This document shows, in pieces, positions 13,111-25,171 of a stretch of DNA of 64,000 nucleotides. The notes beneath the pieces are model-generated. The model worked only from the letters and a program-made list of their open reading frames with translations, made no database searches and had not been told where the DNA came from. Made by a program: the position numbers and the translations under genes. Every line of letters starts with the position of its first letter. The first letter of the stretch is position 1. Source of the DNA: Felis catus (Eukaryota); assembly GCF_018350175.1 (NCBI RefSeq), contig NC_058368.1, forward strand, positions 211,484,001-211,548,000, in the 5' to 3' direction.

Positions 13111-14247
13111 GATGTGAAACCTTTTCAAAAGCCTCATGTGTAAAAGATAATAAAGGTGATAAGGTGATGTGGGTAAAGTAGCAATAATCATGATAATCGA
13201 GGAGCCAAACGCAGCGAGCTCTCACTGTGCCCTGGGTGTGGAGATGCCCACACTGACCGTCTTGTGGAAGCCTCAAAGACCATCGAAAATGATGTGATTG
13301 TTGTCGTATTGAAACTATACCAAGGCCCTATCCTCTGACAGTGCTTTGCTCATAAGTTGCTTGTAAAGCAGCCATAAAAATTCTCTGGTCAGACTTCCAA
13401 ATATTTCATAGGGAAAGATAGTTGTTAAAAAATAGATGCTAAAAACGCTCTGCTTTTATAACTTAAATCTAGTCCCTAGTTTAAAAAGTGGGAAATTATA
13501 CCGATTTGACCATCCTATATGCTTGGTGGATACAACTAATAAAAAGGGTCAGTGTATATTTTGAAAGCAGGCTTTGTTTTTGTTTTTCTGAAAATTCTAC
13601 ACGGTAGTATGATTTATGGTCACAGATTTTTGTACCAGTTGTCAGTGATTTTTGAAGAGGACCGTTCCTCAGTAACAACGTGTCAATATTTAAGTAGGTT
13701 TATTGAAAAGACAACACCTCTAAAAGCTGAGCCATTTAATTCATCCCTTAACCACCATAAAAAATGTTTTGGACTAATGATGATCACATTAAGGTGAGGC
13801 ATGGTGACTGATGGATTCTGCTCTGCTTTCTTGAGAGAAGAAGAAAGGGGTAGGTGATGTAGCAACAAGGACAGAAGCATCGGCAGTAAAAGCCATCATA
13901 TTTACCTTGTTTGTTATGATGGGAAAGAGTCTGAGAAGCACTGGTCTAGATAACACAATCAACATTTCCATGCACATTTTCCTTGAAGCCTCTTCCTTCG
14001 TTCCTACATTCTCTTTGCATGCTTTTAAGAAATCATGAGAAGTTGGCGCCTCATTCAGACAAAAGGAAAACAATCAGTCCAGACACCACAGTGTACCCTC
14101 ATTGCCGAAAATGTTAGCGGGGAGGGAAGTGACTGGTGGCTCTGAGACATTTTCAACTCATCGTACATTTGGACAATGTTCTGGGCCCATAAGTGCCGTG
14201 GAGTCCACCAATTTATATATATACATACATATATATATTTTAAATGG

Positions 14248-14669
14248 AGGGATGCCTGGGTGGTTCAGTCAGGTGAGTGGCCGACTTCAGTTCAGGTCAT
14301 GATCTTGCGGTTCAGGAGTTCAAACCCCTCATCGGCTCTCTGCTGAGCACGGAGCCCATTTCAGATCCTCTGTCCCCCTCTCTCTGCCCTTCCCCCGCTA
14401 CACTCTCCCTCTCAAAAGTAAATAAACATTAAAAAAAACAGATGGGGGCGCCTGGGTGGCTTAGTCGGTTGGGTGTCCGACTGCGGCTCAGGTCATGATC
14501 TCATAGCTCGTGGGTTCGACCCTCGTGTCGGGCTCTGTGCTGACAGCTCAGAGCCTGGAGCCTGCTTTGGATTCTGTCTCCCTCTCTCTCTGCCCCTCCC
14601 TGCTCACACTCCTTGTCTCTCTCTCTCTCTCTCTCTCTCAAAAATAAACATTAAAAAAAAAAAAAAAAA
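14248..14669 (+). mobile_element. Two CAN-SINEs in tandem (14248-14438, 14444-14669)
   Basis: Two heads, CT tracts and A tails. Confidence 0.9.
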
Positions 14670-15409
14670 GGATGGACTGTGGCAGTTCCCACTGCCAGGC
14701 GCAAAGAAGCAGGCTGGAGTAATTTGCAGTGTCCCCTCCTCGTCTCAGTTGGCTAGCAAGTTGGCACCACACTGGGGTGTCCGGGCCTCAAGGCCCGACA
14801 CTTTACCAGGCTCTGGTGTCAGGAGTTAGGGCTCTGGTAGGAAACACAGACTCTCCCCAATGTGTCATATGGCACAAAAATCTTAAGAGCTTTAAGTGTT
14901 AGAAATGATACTGGTGGGCTTAAAAAAAAAAAAAAAACAAAAAGACAAGCATGTAGAGTTTATTATATAATGTGATCTCAACTATGTAAAAATGTGCCAG
15001 GAAAAATTTGGAAGGAAATATAGCAAAAGAGTAAAACTTCTCTTGTTAGGAGTAGAGGCACCGGTTAACTTCTTTGTAGTTTTCTGTGTTTCCCTAATTT
15101 TCTACGACAAGCATTAGAGAAACATATTTTTCCCTATGACAAAAACATAGAGGGGAAGAGATATTTGGTTACACTAGAAATAATGACACTCCCGGCTGAT
15201 CTATTTCTTAACATCAAATACAATGAAACGAATCTGTATTATAGTTCCAATTTATTTACTTTAAGCTAATTCCTTTAGATTAGGATTTTCTTAGAGAGGA
15301 AGCCCCATCTACTAAAGAAAACATATTTCTCATCAAGGGTACTTTACCTAATCATACTGCCCTTGTGTGTGTGTGGCATGACTTTTAAGGTAATAACAAT
15401 AAACAAACA

Positions 15410-15589
15410 GGGGCGCCTGGGTGGCTCAGTCGGTTAAGCATCTGACTTCAGCTCAGGTCACGATCTAACGGTTTGTCAGTTTGAGCCATGCATCGGGCTC
15501 TGAGGTGACAGCTCAGATTCTGTGTCTCTCTCTACCCCAACTCGTGCTTCTCTCTCAAATATAAATTTTTTTTAAAATTAAAAAAAAAA
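15410..15589 (+). mobile_element. CAN-SINE with internal deletion
   Basis: TSD aacaataaacaaa on both sides. Confidence 0.9.
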
Positions 15590-16667
15590 CAATAAACAAA
15601 ATAACTAGGTTTTGGAATTAAAGATCACTTTAGTGCTACATAAATTAGTATTTCCTTTAAGATAGTCACTTAAGGAAACCATTCGTTCTTCCACTGGTTT
15701 TGCCATTTCTCACAGTATTTTTTTTGGAACTTTCTGTGGTACTGCTCAGGAAAATCATTCCGTTACTTTAATCACTCCCTATTTTTGACAAAAATGGTCT
15801 CACCAGTTTGATACCTCATTTACCTGACTTGACTTCAAGTGGCTTTTGGCCTGTTCTGAAAAAACAAATCTATTGTCAAAGGATAAAATTCCCCTAACAC
15901 TGAGATAAAAAAAAAAAACAATAGTAATAATAATGCCACAGATTTTTTGAAAATAATTCTGAAACAAAGTGTTCCAACCATATTTTGAGTAATAAGAGCA
16001 CTCTCACAATACCTGACTGACCTCCCCCCTCCAAGAAGACTAGTCTCAGGTGGCCAGGATACTGGGGGGAATAAAAGGGATCCATTATGAATTAATGCGT
16101 GGCCTAGACAAAGACTATGAAAATAGACTGATTTCATATTCCAGTAAAAACTAACAAAACCCTGTTAGAAGGCATAGATTTTTAAGTACAACAGAGAAAT
16201 GAAAAGCCATCGGTAGTTGCTTTGATCCTTTGGTATGACCAGCAGGGGCAGAACCCTGGGCTGGAGATCCTGTGGGCTCCTTCCTGTAGAACAATGTTCA
16301 CAAAAGATAGGACTACACTTTCTCTCCATTTGCTTTGTTCATCATTTATCAACACTGGCTTCACATTAGAATTACTTAATAAAAATACTGGTCGCTGGCA
16401 ACCTTCAGACAATGGAATCTGAATCTCAGAGGATAGAGCATGGGTATATATGTGTGTGGGTTGTGTGTGTGTGCTCTTTATTCTTTTCTTTCTTCTTTTT
16501 TCTCTCCCAGCCTTACCTTTCCCCAGTTCCTAGGTGATTCAGATGCACTAAAGCACAGTAAGGGGTGAGAACCACGGGCAGCTAGTCCAGACGAGGATCA
16601 CAGCTTCTCTCACACAGCACATCTCAGTTAGCTAACAAAATGAGCTCCTGAACAACTCGTTGCATTG

Positions 16668-16880
16668 CGGCGTCTGGGTGGATCAGTTGGTTAAGCATCT
16701 GACTCTTGATTTTGGCTTGGGTCGTGATCTCATGAGTTTGTCAGGATGAGCCCGGCATCAGGCTCTGCGCTATTAGCTATTAGTGCAGAGCCTGCTTGGG
16801 ATTCTCTCTCTCCCTCTCTGTCTCTGCTCCTCTCCCAACTCACATGTGTGCTCTCTCTAAAATAAGCATTAAAAAAAAAA
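16668..16880 (+). mobile_element. CAN-SINE
   Basis: SINE head, body and tail. Confidence 0.88.
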
Positions 16881-17200
16881 CAACACCACAATTCACCACA
16901 TTTATCATCTCAAGCTATGATGCATAAAAACAAAAATACTGCTTGGTCCATACATGTAACCTTAAAAATAATATTTTAAAATGGAGGATAAGAAGCATAC
17001 AGTTTCTAGTTGAGCACATATAAGAGGAAAATACTTGGCACAAATGATGAAACCATGTCAGAACCTAGTCATTAGAGGTGATTCTATGTTCTTCTTTCGG
17101 CGTGTCTGTAGATCGGAAATTCCCCACAATGAATATGTCTCATCTTTGTGATACCTACTCTTGTGCTGGCCTGTTCACTTAAGAGATAAAGACCACGTAC

Positions 17201-17289
17201 CGGCAGTATCTTGGGCAGTCACATCCACGCCATGTGTAACCATGACCCTGAGGCATTCCACATGCCCTTTTGTAGCAGCAAGATGAAAG
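17201..17289 (-). CDS. RAI14: RAI14 coding exon, 89 nt: (A)[29 protein letters not shown](G)
   Basis: Acceptor ctcttttccag|C, donor CCG|gtacgt. Ankyrin repeat consensus; phase 2 to 1 fits the neighbouring exons. Confidence 0.97.
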
Positions 17290-17530
17290 CTGGAAAAGAG
17301 GTAAACACAATTGCCTTAAGATTTCCACTCTTTGGAGTTCATCTCCAACAATGTTTTGTTTTGCCTCCTCATGTACATTTTCTCTCACCTGAGCTCCACA
17401 ACCACCTAGGGAGTAGGTATTATTATCAATCTCATTTTAAAGATGAAGAAACTGACACTTTTTATTAAGTAATAGAGCAGGACCTAGATCTTAGGTTTTC
17501 CAACCTAAAGACCAGGCTTGGGGTCTTTAT

Positions 17531-17714
17531 GGGGTGCCTGGGTGGCTCAGTTGGTTGAGAGTCCGATTCTTGGTTTTGGCTCTGGTCATGATCCCTGGGT
17601 CATGGGACTAAGCCTTTGCATTAGGCTCTGTGCTGAGCATGGAGCCTGCTTGAGGGTCTGTCTCTCTCTCTCTCTCTCCCCCTTTGTGCTGTCTCTAAAA
17701 TAATAATAAAAAAA
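17531..17714 (+). mobile_element. CAN-SINE
   Basis: SINE head, body and tail. Confidence 0.88.
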
Positions 17715-20639
17715 GATTCAACTACATTATTTATTTGTCTCTTTAAGAAACAAGAGAGCTCAAACTAGATTCAATTCCTAAATAGTAATTTTTCAACTTT
17801 TTTTCTGTTGTCTAGTGCTTTCAGCAAAGCCATTATTTTCAAGTAATACTCTGTATAAAGAGAAACTTGTCTGAGTCAAACAATGGCCAAAGTTCTTGGA
17901 CAACATTAATGTCAAATCCATTGTTGTGCTGTAGCTGAATAACAGCAGTTGGGCACAACTTTTGTTAGTGGCTAATGTGTGCCAACCATCTTACTACCCA
18001 CTTGCATACATCGTCTCTTTTCAATCTTAGCCTTTGAGATGAGTCCTATCACTATCTCCACTATATGGCAGGTGTCTATGCCCAGGCAGGTGCAAACAAC
18101 ATGAAAAGAAAGCCCACAATTAGGCTCCGGTATTCAATGACACTTGGGCGTAACAACCATGCTCGGCATGTATAGACTTGCCATTAAATGAAGGGATGAC
18201 ATCCAAATGCCATACCAATCATCCTTTGCAGATCCCAAGGGTGAAGGGCACTTCTACAGGCAGAAGCAAAGCATATTTCCACTGGGCATTCAGGCCCAGA
18301 GGCTGAGAAGGCTAAGAACCTTGGGAAGGGCTCCTTCCTATGGAGAGAGGTTAATGAGCCTTCCATTTCTTCTCCTGCCCCAGTTCTGTTTTGGGGAGTT
18401 ACTTTCTCAGCTTACTTGCCATGCAGCATCTTACCTGTCAGTGAACAACCAGGTTGTATTTTTTCACAGGAAAGAACCTATAACTGGGGCCCAGGGTCAC
18501 ACCCAAATAGCAAATCCAAGAGCTACACAATTAAAACCCAAGTCATCTTGACCACACGCCTCTTCTCTGAAGGATGAGGCTCAGTGAATGTGGACAGATC
18601 AGCAAATGTGGACACTTCAGTTTTGATTGCAGATCAGCCATACTTTACCCGCGTACCTTTAGTAAGTCAATTTAACCTCTCTGAACCTACATTTCTTTCA
18701 CTGTAAAGTAGGAGGATTGAGTCAGATGATATCTGATGTTTCCTCCAGCTCTGACAACATTCTATTATCTTAGCTTAATTGGCTCTAATCACACCAACTA
18801 CTTCTGCCCCTGTCCAGCAATTTATGTGTAACGTTTCCTTACAGCCAAATCTACTTTGTAGGTGTTTTCACATTACAGTCAAACCTGGATCATGTGGAGT
18901 GACTTGGGAATGTGGTAACTTGTTTAAATGGAATTCCTGATTAAATACAACTCAACAAGGACAGAAAGAACCTCCCTAAAAGGCAGTACCGTAGCTCTGC
19001 TTTCAGCATTGTTGGGCACACTGAATTTACATTATGTAAACTTTGCCTTTAAGCTGTGAATGGTTTATTTTAACTGATCTTGTTGGAATGTCTCTAAAAC
19101 TTTTTCAGCATTAGGAACAGTGTATGTCACATAATTTAATTGCCCTTGAAGACATGAAGTCACCACTAAGAGCCTCAATTATCGATCTCTGCTTTCAAGC
19201 TATTAATCTAAACGCCCCAGATTATTAAGACCTAATATTCATTAATATTTATCTTCTTTTCTTAATGTTTGTGTGTCTGCTTCTAAGATGTCTACTCTGC
19301 CATCAACTATGACCGGGGAAGAACTAAATCAAAACTATCTGGACAAGAAGACAGCCATATCCTATGTTAAAGATAAAAGTACAGGGATAAGTAATTAATG
19401 CATGCACGCACGCACGCACACACACACACACAAACATACACATGTGTAGATTATATAACTTTTGAAGTATAACGTATGAAAAGAAAACTTCACAATTGTA
19501 TGGGCTGTTAAATTTTCATAAATGGAACATGCCCATTTTATTTTCATACAAGGAAACAGAACCTGGCCAGAGACCCATAAGCTCTCCTCGCATCTCCTGT
19601 TGGTACCCCAGAAAGCTCTCCACGTGTCCCTTCTAGTTATAACCTCCCACCTCCCACCGCCTGTGTTTTTTATATTTTTTCTACTCCGAGGCTTCTCGGA
19701 GTTTCTCTGGATTGCACACTATAGTTATCAGGGGTTGAAATTGCAGACACATGTGACAAGGATGCATTACTGCAAGCTACTACTGTACATTGATAGGTGG
19801 AATCTAATGAATGCAACATGCTATTCTCTGGATGACTTGGGAGCTGTAGGGTTTCAGGACCATTATTTGGAAGGTTAATAATTGTAACAAGGCAGGAGAA
19901 GTGACGTGTTAGGCAGGTGGGTTCAAAATCCAATCCTAGGATAGAAACTTTTTTGGACATTTCTGTTTTTTAAAACAAAAGCCCTTATATCAACCCAAAT
20001 CAACACATGATTGATCGCTGTAACACATTTTATTGAGGGATCCAGTTAATGATGGTGTCACTGCATATGCTTTAATAAATTGTGTGTGTGTGTGTGGCGG
20101 GGAGGGGGGGCTTTGTTTCACCCTGTCTCTCTCATTACAGTTTAGATCAGGGGGTGATTTTTCTCCCTTCTATTCTAGGAACTCTCCAACTAATTCTCCT
20201 GCAGAATATTGTGTCCTACGGAGAAAACAGAATAATAAGAGTCTTTTCACAATTCATAATTTTATCCTCATATATTTCACCTAAACCTTCAGCACTCACC
20301 ACTCTTATAAATAAAATCAACAGAGTACAAATAACTAGAAATGGCTGCTTATATAAGATATTCATGCTTGTAAATTTACACTGCATAATCTCATGTTTTG
20401 AGCTAGTAAAATCATTCTTAATTGATGTGATTCAATTAAATATATCACGATTTCAAGATGTTTCTCAAAGAAAGGAGATAAAAGCATGAAAAGCAGAAAA
20501 AGGAAGGGCTGACCATTTTAGCCCAAAGTTTCTAATTCATTTTTCCAGGCAGACAAGGAGCTCCACTATGTATCATTATTCTGAGCAGGCACTTCCAGGA
20601 AACGAGAGCAAAACCAAGAAACATGACACGTAAGTTTGC

Positions 20640-21185
20640 TTGCAGGGAATAATTACTAATGCTGTGCATCATCTGTTTGCCCCTCCAGATTTGCCCTCCA
20701 CCTTTATCCCCTGGCTCAGTGGCCCAGGAAGCAGATCTCTTATGGACTGCATCCAATGGGCTGCCTCGTCCTTTGGCTTCTAGTTGGGTTCAACGAATGG
20801 GAGGCACTTACAAGAGACAGGAAGATGAGAAGAAAGAGTTCGGGGCATTATCCCCTCTACTCTCTCCCTGCCAGACCACACACTGGCAGTCTCGGCCCTC
20901 CTCTACTTCCTCCATGAAGTTCACAGCTCTGGGGGCCGGTTCTCCTAAAGCTACAGTCGCAGCTCTGTCTGGGTTTTGGTAACTGCTCCCTCTCCAGGTC
21001 CCTGCAGGTTGGGGGGCGGGGGGCACGAGGATGTTGAAATAGATCCCACTGCTATTGGCCCAGGGCTGCTTTCCCAACCCTGCTGGTTTAAATCTGACCA
21101 CGATTTTGTAAATAGTTCCTTTCTTAGAGGGTAATCAATTATCCTGTCAGAGGATGCTGTTTCCTACTGGGACCTTGAATGTTGG
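20640..21185 (+). mobile_element. Ancient ERVL solo LTR (LTR33-like)
   Basis: Motifs cctttggcttctagttgggttc, ttgtaaatagttcc and ctgtttcctactgggacc resemble the recalled LTR33 consensus. Confidence 0.6.
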
Positions 21186-22102
21186 GTATTCTGTGTGTGA
21201 TCATCCACAGGATGAACTGTTAGGTTCCTCTGGATATTATTTGATTAAATATTTATACAGGCAAATTCAGGCTTTTAAAAAAATGTTTCACCTCACATGT
21301 AATTGAGTAGCTTTACTTAAGAGTTTGGGGCATTTGGGCTAAAATGCTTTGACAGGAGAATGTGCCAAATCACTTAACTTACACAGAATATGATATGGGG
21401 CTTCTGATATAATGTTAGGCCAGAGTAGGAATTAGTTTAAAAGGTACAAGAATACACCTCTCAAAGGATCAGAAAAACAACGGACTTAAATGCGAGCCAC
21501 ACGCAGTCTAGATTAAGTCACAATGCAATAAAGAAATGCTAAAATTCAGATTTTAAACTGGATTTGGTCTTGAAAGAATAACCAATACCCTATCCATAAC
21601 ATATGTGAGCACATACAGTTGTACCTGCTACAACTGTGTTCTCAAATTGGGAAAGCCCTCCAAAGTTTCTATGTGCACATCCTGTGGAATAACAAGGTTC
21701 TTGGTAGTGAACTGGAAGTAAAAGAAGGTCTAGAAAAATCTTCAATAGCACATGCTATATTCTACACTCTCTCTGTATATATAATATATTGGACAGTACT
21801 CTATACAATCAATATCTACTAACTATATATACCACTCTTTAATACACTATAAAAAAAGTCTGTGGGCTAGATTTAGAAAGAGAAAATATAAAATAACCAT
21901 CAAGACATGTATTTTGTTATCTACTGACCACTCTGATTAACTCCTTAAAATAACCTATTTTTTATCTATTAATGTGTCATTGCCATAGAATTTTAGTCCA
22001 AAAATCACTTTACTACCTAACTTGGGACAAAGGATCTATAACTCGAGTATGCTAAACCAAACCACATAAAAGAAAACCAAAATGGTCAGTGTACTGATTT
22101 AG

Positions 22103-22218
22103 CTTTTTTTTTTTAATTTTTAACTTCTATTTATTTATTTTTAAGTAATCTCTACACCCAACATGGGGCTTGCACTCACACCTTCAGGATCAAGAGTTGC
22201 ATGCTATCAGATACCCCT
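22103..22218 (-). mobile_element. Short/old CAN-SINE fragment
   Basis: Poly-T followed by aagtaatctctacacccaacatggggcttgcactcaca. Confidence 0.7.
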
Positions 22219-23981
22219 AGCTTTGTCTTGTTTTTATGCAAGCTGTACAAATGCAGAAGAAATAAGGCACAAACCAGACAATGACATGACTGTCAGCAAC
22301 TCCCCAACAACCCATCTCCTTAGCATAAATGGTAGCACTAAGATCTGGTTACCTTACACTTGAACAACAACCAACAAGAGACGTGTCATTTTGCTAATCG
22401 TCCTCAGAGAGAAAGCTGCTGGAAGATAAAGTGCGTCTTCTTTCTCTCGCTGCCCCCTCCCTGTGCCTAGAAAAAAACCTCTTAATCAGGAGTAGAGTAA
22501 ATGCCATTGTACAGAAGGGCAAGATGGGAAAATCGCATCGGTGTTGCTGTGGTGGTGGTGTATTTAACTTGGACAACCCGTCATTTTAGTTTTAGCTTCA
22601 GAAAATCTGGCCCTTATTCCTCAAAGCCATGATTTTGAAAAATTAAAACTTCTAACATTACAGCTTTATTAAAACTTGGAGGAAGGACATGTATAGATGT
22701 AATCAGACGAGAAAGTTTAACAGGAAATGCGATATTGGGGAGGTAAGGCATGTAATTATTTAAGGGCTCAGACTAACTGGGTTTCAATCTGTGCTTTGTC
22801 ACTTATTGGCGTGTGATCTCAGGCAAGGTCTTGGTATCTCGGTTTCCACATCTGTAAAAGGGGCTTTGAGGAGTAAACGACTTCTACATAAAAGCACCTA
22901 GCAAAATGTGAGGCGCATAATAAATACCGCCCTCCCCGCCCCCCCCCACCACCACCACCACCAAAAAAGAAAAAAACCACCAACTGTTACAGCCTCACCA
23001 ACACAAGGCAAGTCAGAGAGTCCAGGTCATGTTGCTTAATAAAAGGATTTGTTTCAACGTTCAGAAAAGACAGGCTAATAGAGGTTAAATTAGAACCACC
23101 ACTGCTTAAGAAATGAAGAAGGAAAGGGAAAGAATAAAACCTATGTGCATCTCTCCTGAATGGAAACTCTAGGGAACAAAGTTGTAGGCAGCCACAGACG
23201 ACAAAAAAGCCATCCAAGACCAGCTTTGTCCGAAGCTCGCACTTGAGCTGCTAACATTCTGGCACCTTTGACGGAAGTGATAATCCTCAAAGCAGGATTT
23301 GGCAGCAGCGAATCATTAGCATTTAGTCTCTGAATGTGAACAAGAAGCACAGCCAACTTTTAATAAGAGACTCCAGTGAAAAGTTGGGTTCGGTCAGGTG
23401 GAAAAACATGATTAGTCATTGGCAGAATCTGGATTTGTAAATGACAGTGAGTAGGTTTCTTTTCTTATGCAGTGACTGATAAGTGTAGCCATCCTCGGTG
23501 GTGGCAGGCCAGGTGACTGGTGGGTTGGGGACCACCCCGTCCGGATTGCAGGTGGGGCCCCAGGGGTTACTGCAGGCTTAGAGCGCAGATGGTGCCCCAG
23601 GCCAGCACACAAGTAATGAAGAGCATGGGTGGTGGCCTCCGATAGCCTGTGTGCTGGACGGCTGGTAGAAGAAAACACCTCTAAAGGGAGTCTGCAGGTG
23701 TGGGTGAGAGGGGGTAGGCAAAGTAGTAGAGGTTGGTTAACGCCACCCCCTCACCCCAAAACGTAGTCTTGACAACGTTATTCTAGGGCACTGGAGCTAA
23801 CCCAAGTATGGGATAGTTTTCATATTTCTGCTAGAGCTAAATATACCAAATCATTCATACATTTGTATTACGATACCAGGGTATTTACATGCCAGCCACT
23901 ATTCTAAGCACTGAGAAACACGTGGTAAATAAAACAAAGCCCTCATGGATCTCGGCTTTTAGTGGGAAGTCTAAAGATAAA

Positions 23982-24245
23982 CCAGTGGCTCTTAACTGGG
24001 GGAGATTTTGTCCCGCCCAGGGCACATTTGGCAATGTCTGGAGATATTTTTAATTATTCACGGGGTGGGGGTGGGGGTGGGGGTGGGCGGTGGGAAGATT
24101 CTACTGGCATCTAATGCGGAAAGGCCAGAGACGCTGCTAAAATCCTACAACACGCAGGACAGCCCCCTCCCTCCCCAAACAATTATCTAGTCCAAAATGT
24201 CAATAATGTCAATATGTCAAAATGTCAATAGTTGAGAAACTCTGA
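23982..24245. mobile_element. MER20-like hAT fossil, opposite orientation to the 8.8 kb copy
   Basis: cagtggctcttaactgggggagattttg...catttggcaatgtctggaga...gttgagaaactctg. Confidence 0.8.
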
Positions 24246-24679
24246 TGAACCATTAAAAACAAATGTAGAATGCTAAAATTCTATTAAAACAAACACTGAG
24301 AAAACAACATGAGCAGATTTTAATCTTTTTATTGAGACAGAATTCACAGACCAAAAAATTCACCATTTTAGAATGTACAATTCAGTTGTTTTCAGTCTAT
24401 TGAAAGAGTTGTGCAACCAACATCATTATCTAATTCCAGAGCATTTTCACTGCCCTAAAAAATTCACATGTCAGTCAGCAGTCACTTCCTATTCCCATGT
24501 ACCCCCAGCCCTTGGCAATCACTACTCTACTTTATGGCTCTATGGATTTGCCTATTCTAGATGTTTCACAAAGACAGAATCATGTAATATGTGGTCTTTT
24601 GTGCCTGGCTTCTTTCATTTGGCACGTTTTCAAGGTCCATCTGTATTGTAGCATCTATTGGTACTTCTTTCCTTCCTTA

Positions 24680-24844
24680 AGGCACCTGGGTGGCTCAGTT
24701 GGTTAAGTGTCTGACTCTTGATTTCGACTCAGGTCATGATCTCATGGTTCATGAGTTCGAGCCCCATGTTGGGGCTGTCAGTGCAGAGCCAGCAAAGGAT
24801 TTTCTCTCTCTCTCTCTGCTCCTTTCCTGCAAGTGAGCACTCTC

Positions 24845-24883
<39 letters not shown>

Positions 24884-24886
24884 ATG

Positions 24887-24916
<30 letters not shown>
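24680..24916 (+). mobile_element. CAN-SINE whose tail is a compound (TAAA)10(TGTA)8 STR
   Basis: SINE head at 24680; STR at 24845-24916 read directly. Confidence 0.9.
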
Positions 24917-24918
<2 letters not shown>

Positions 24919-24949
24919 ATTCCATTGTATGTATATATCACATTTTCTT

Positions 24950-25171
24950 TAAAAAAATTTTTTTTCAACGTTTTTTATTTATTTTTGGGACAGAGTGAGA
25001 CAGAGCATGAACGGGGGAGGGGCAGAGAGAGAAGGAGACACAGAATCGGAAACAGGCTCCAGGCTCTGAGCCATCAGCCCAGAGCCCGACGCGGGGCTCG
25101 AACTCACGGACCGCGAGATCGTGACCTGGCTGAAGTCGGACGCTTAACCGACTGCGCCACCCAGGCGCCCC
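24950..25171 (-). mobile_element. Young feline SINE
   Basis: TSD cacattttctt at 24939-24949 and 25172-25182. Confidence 0.95.

Noticed and set aside
18154..18183. Cluster of CATG/CTTG p53-like half sites
   Set aside because: Several mismatches to RRRCWWGYYY; expected by chance in 64 kb.
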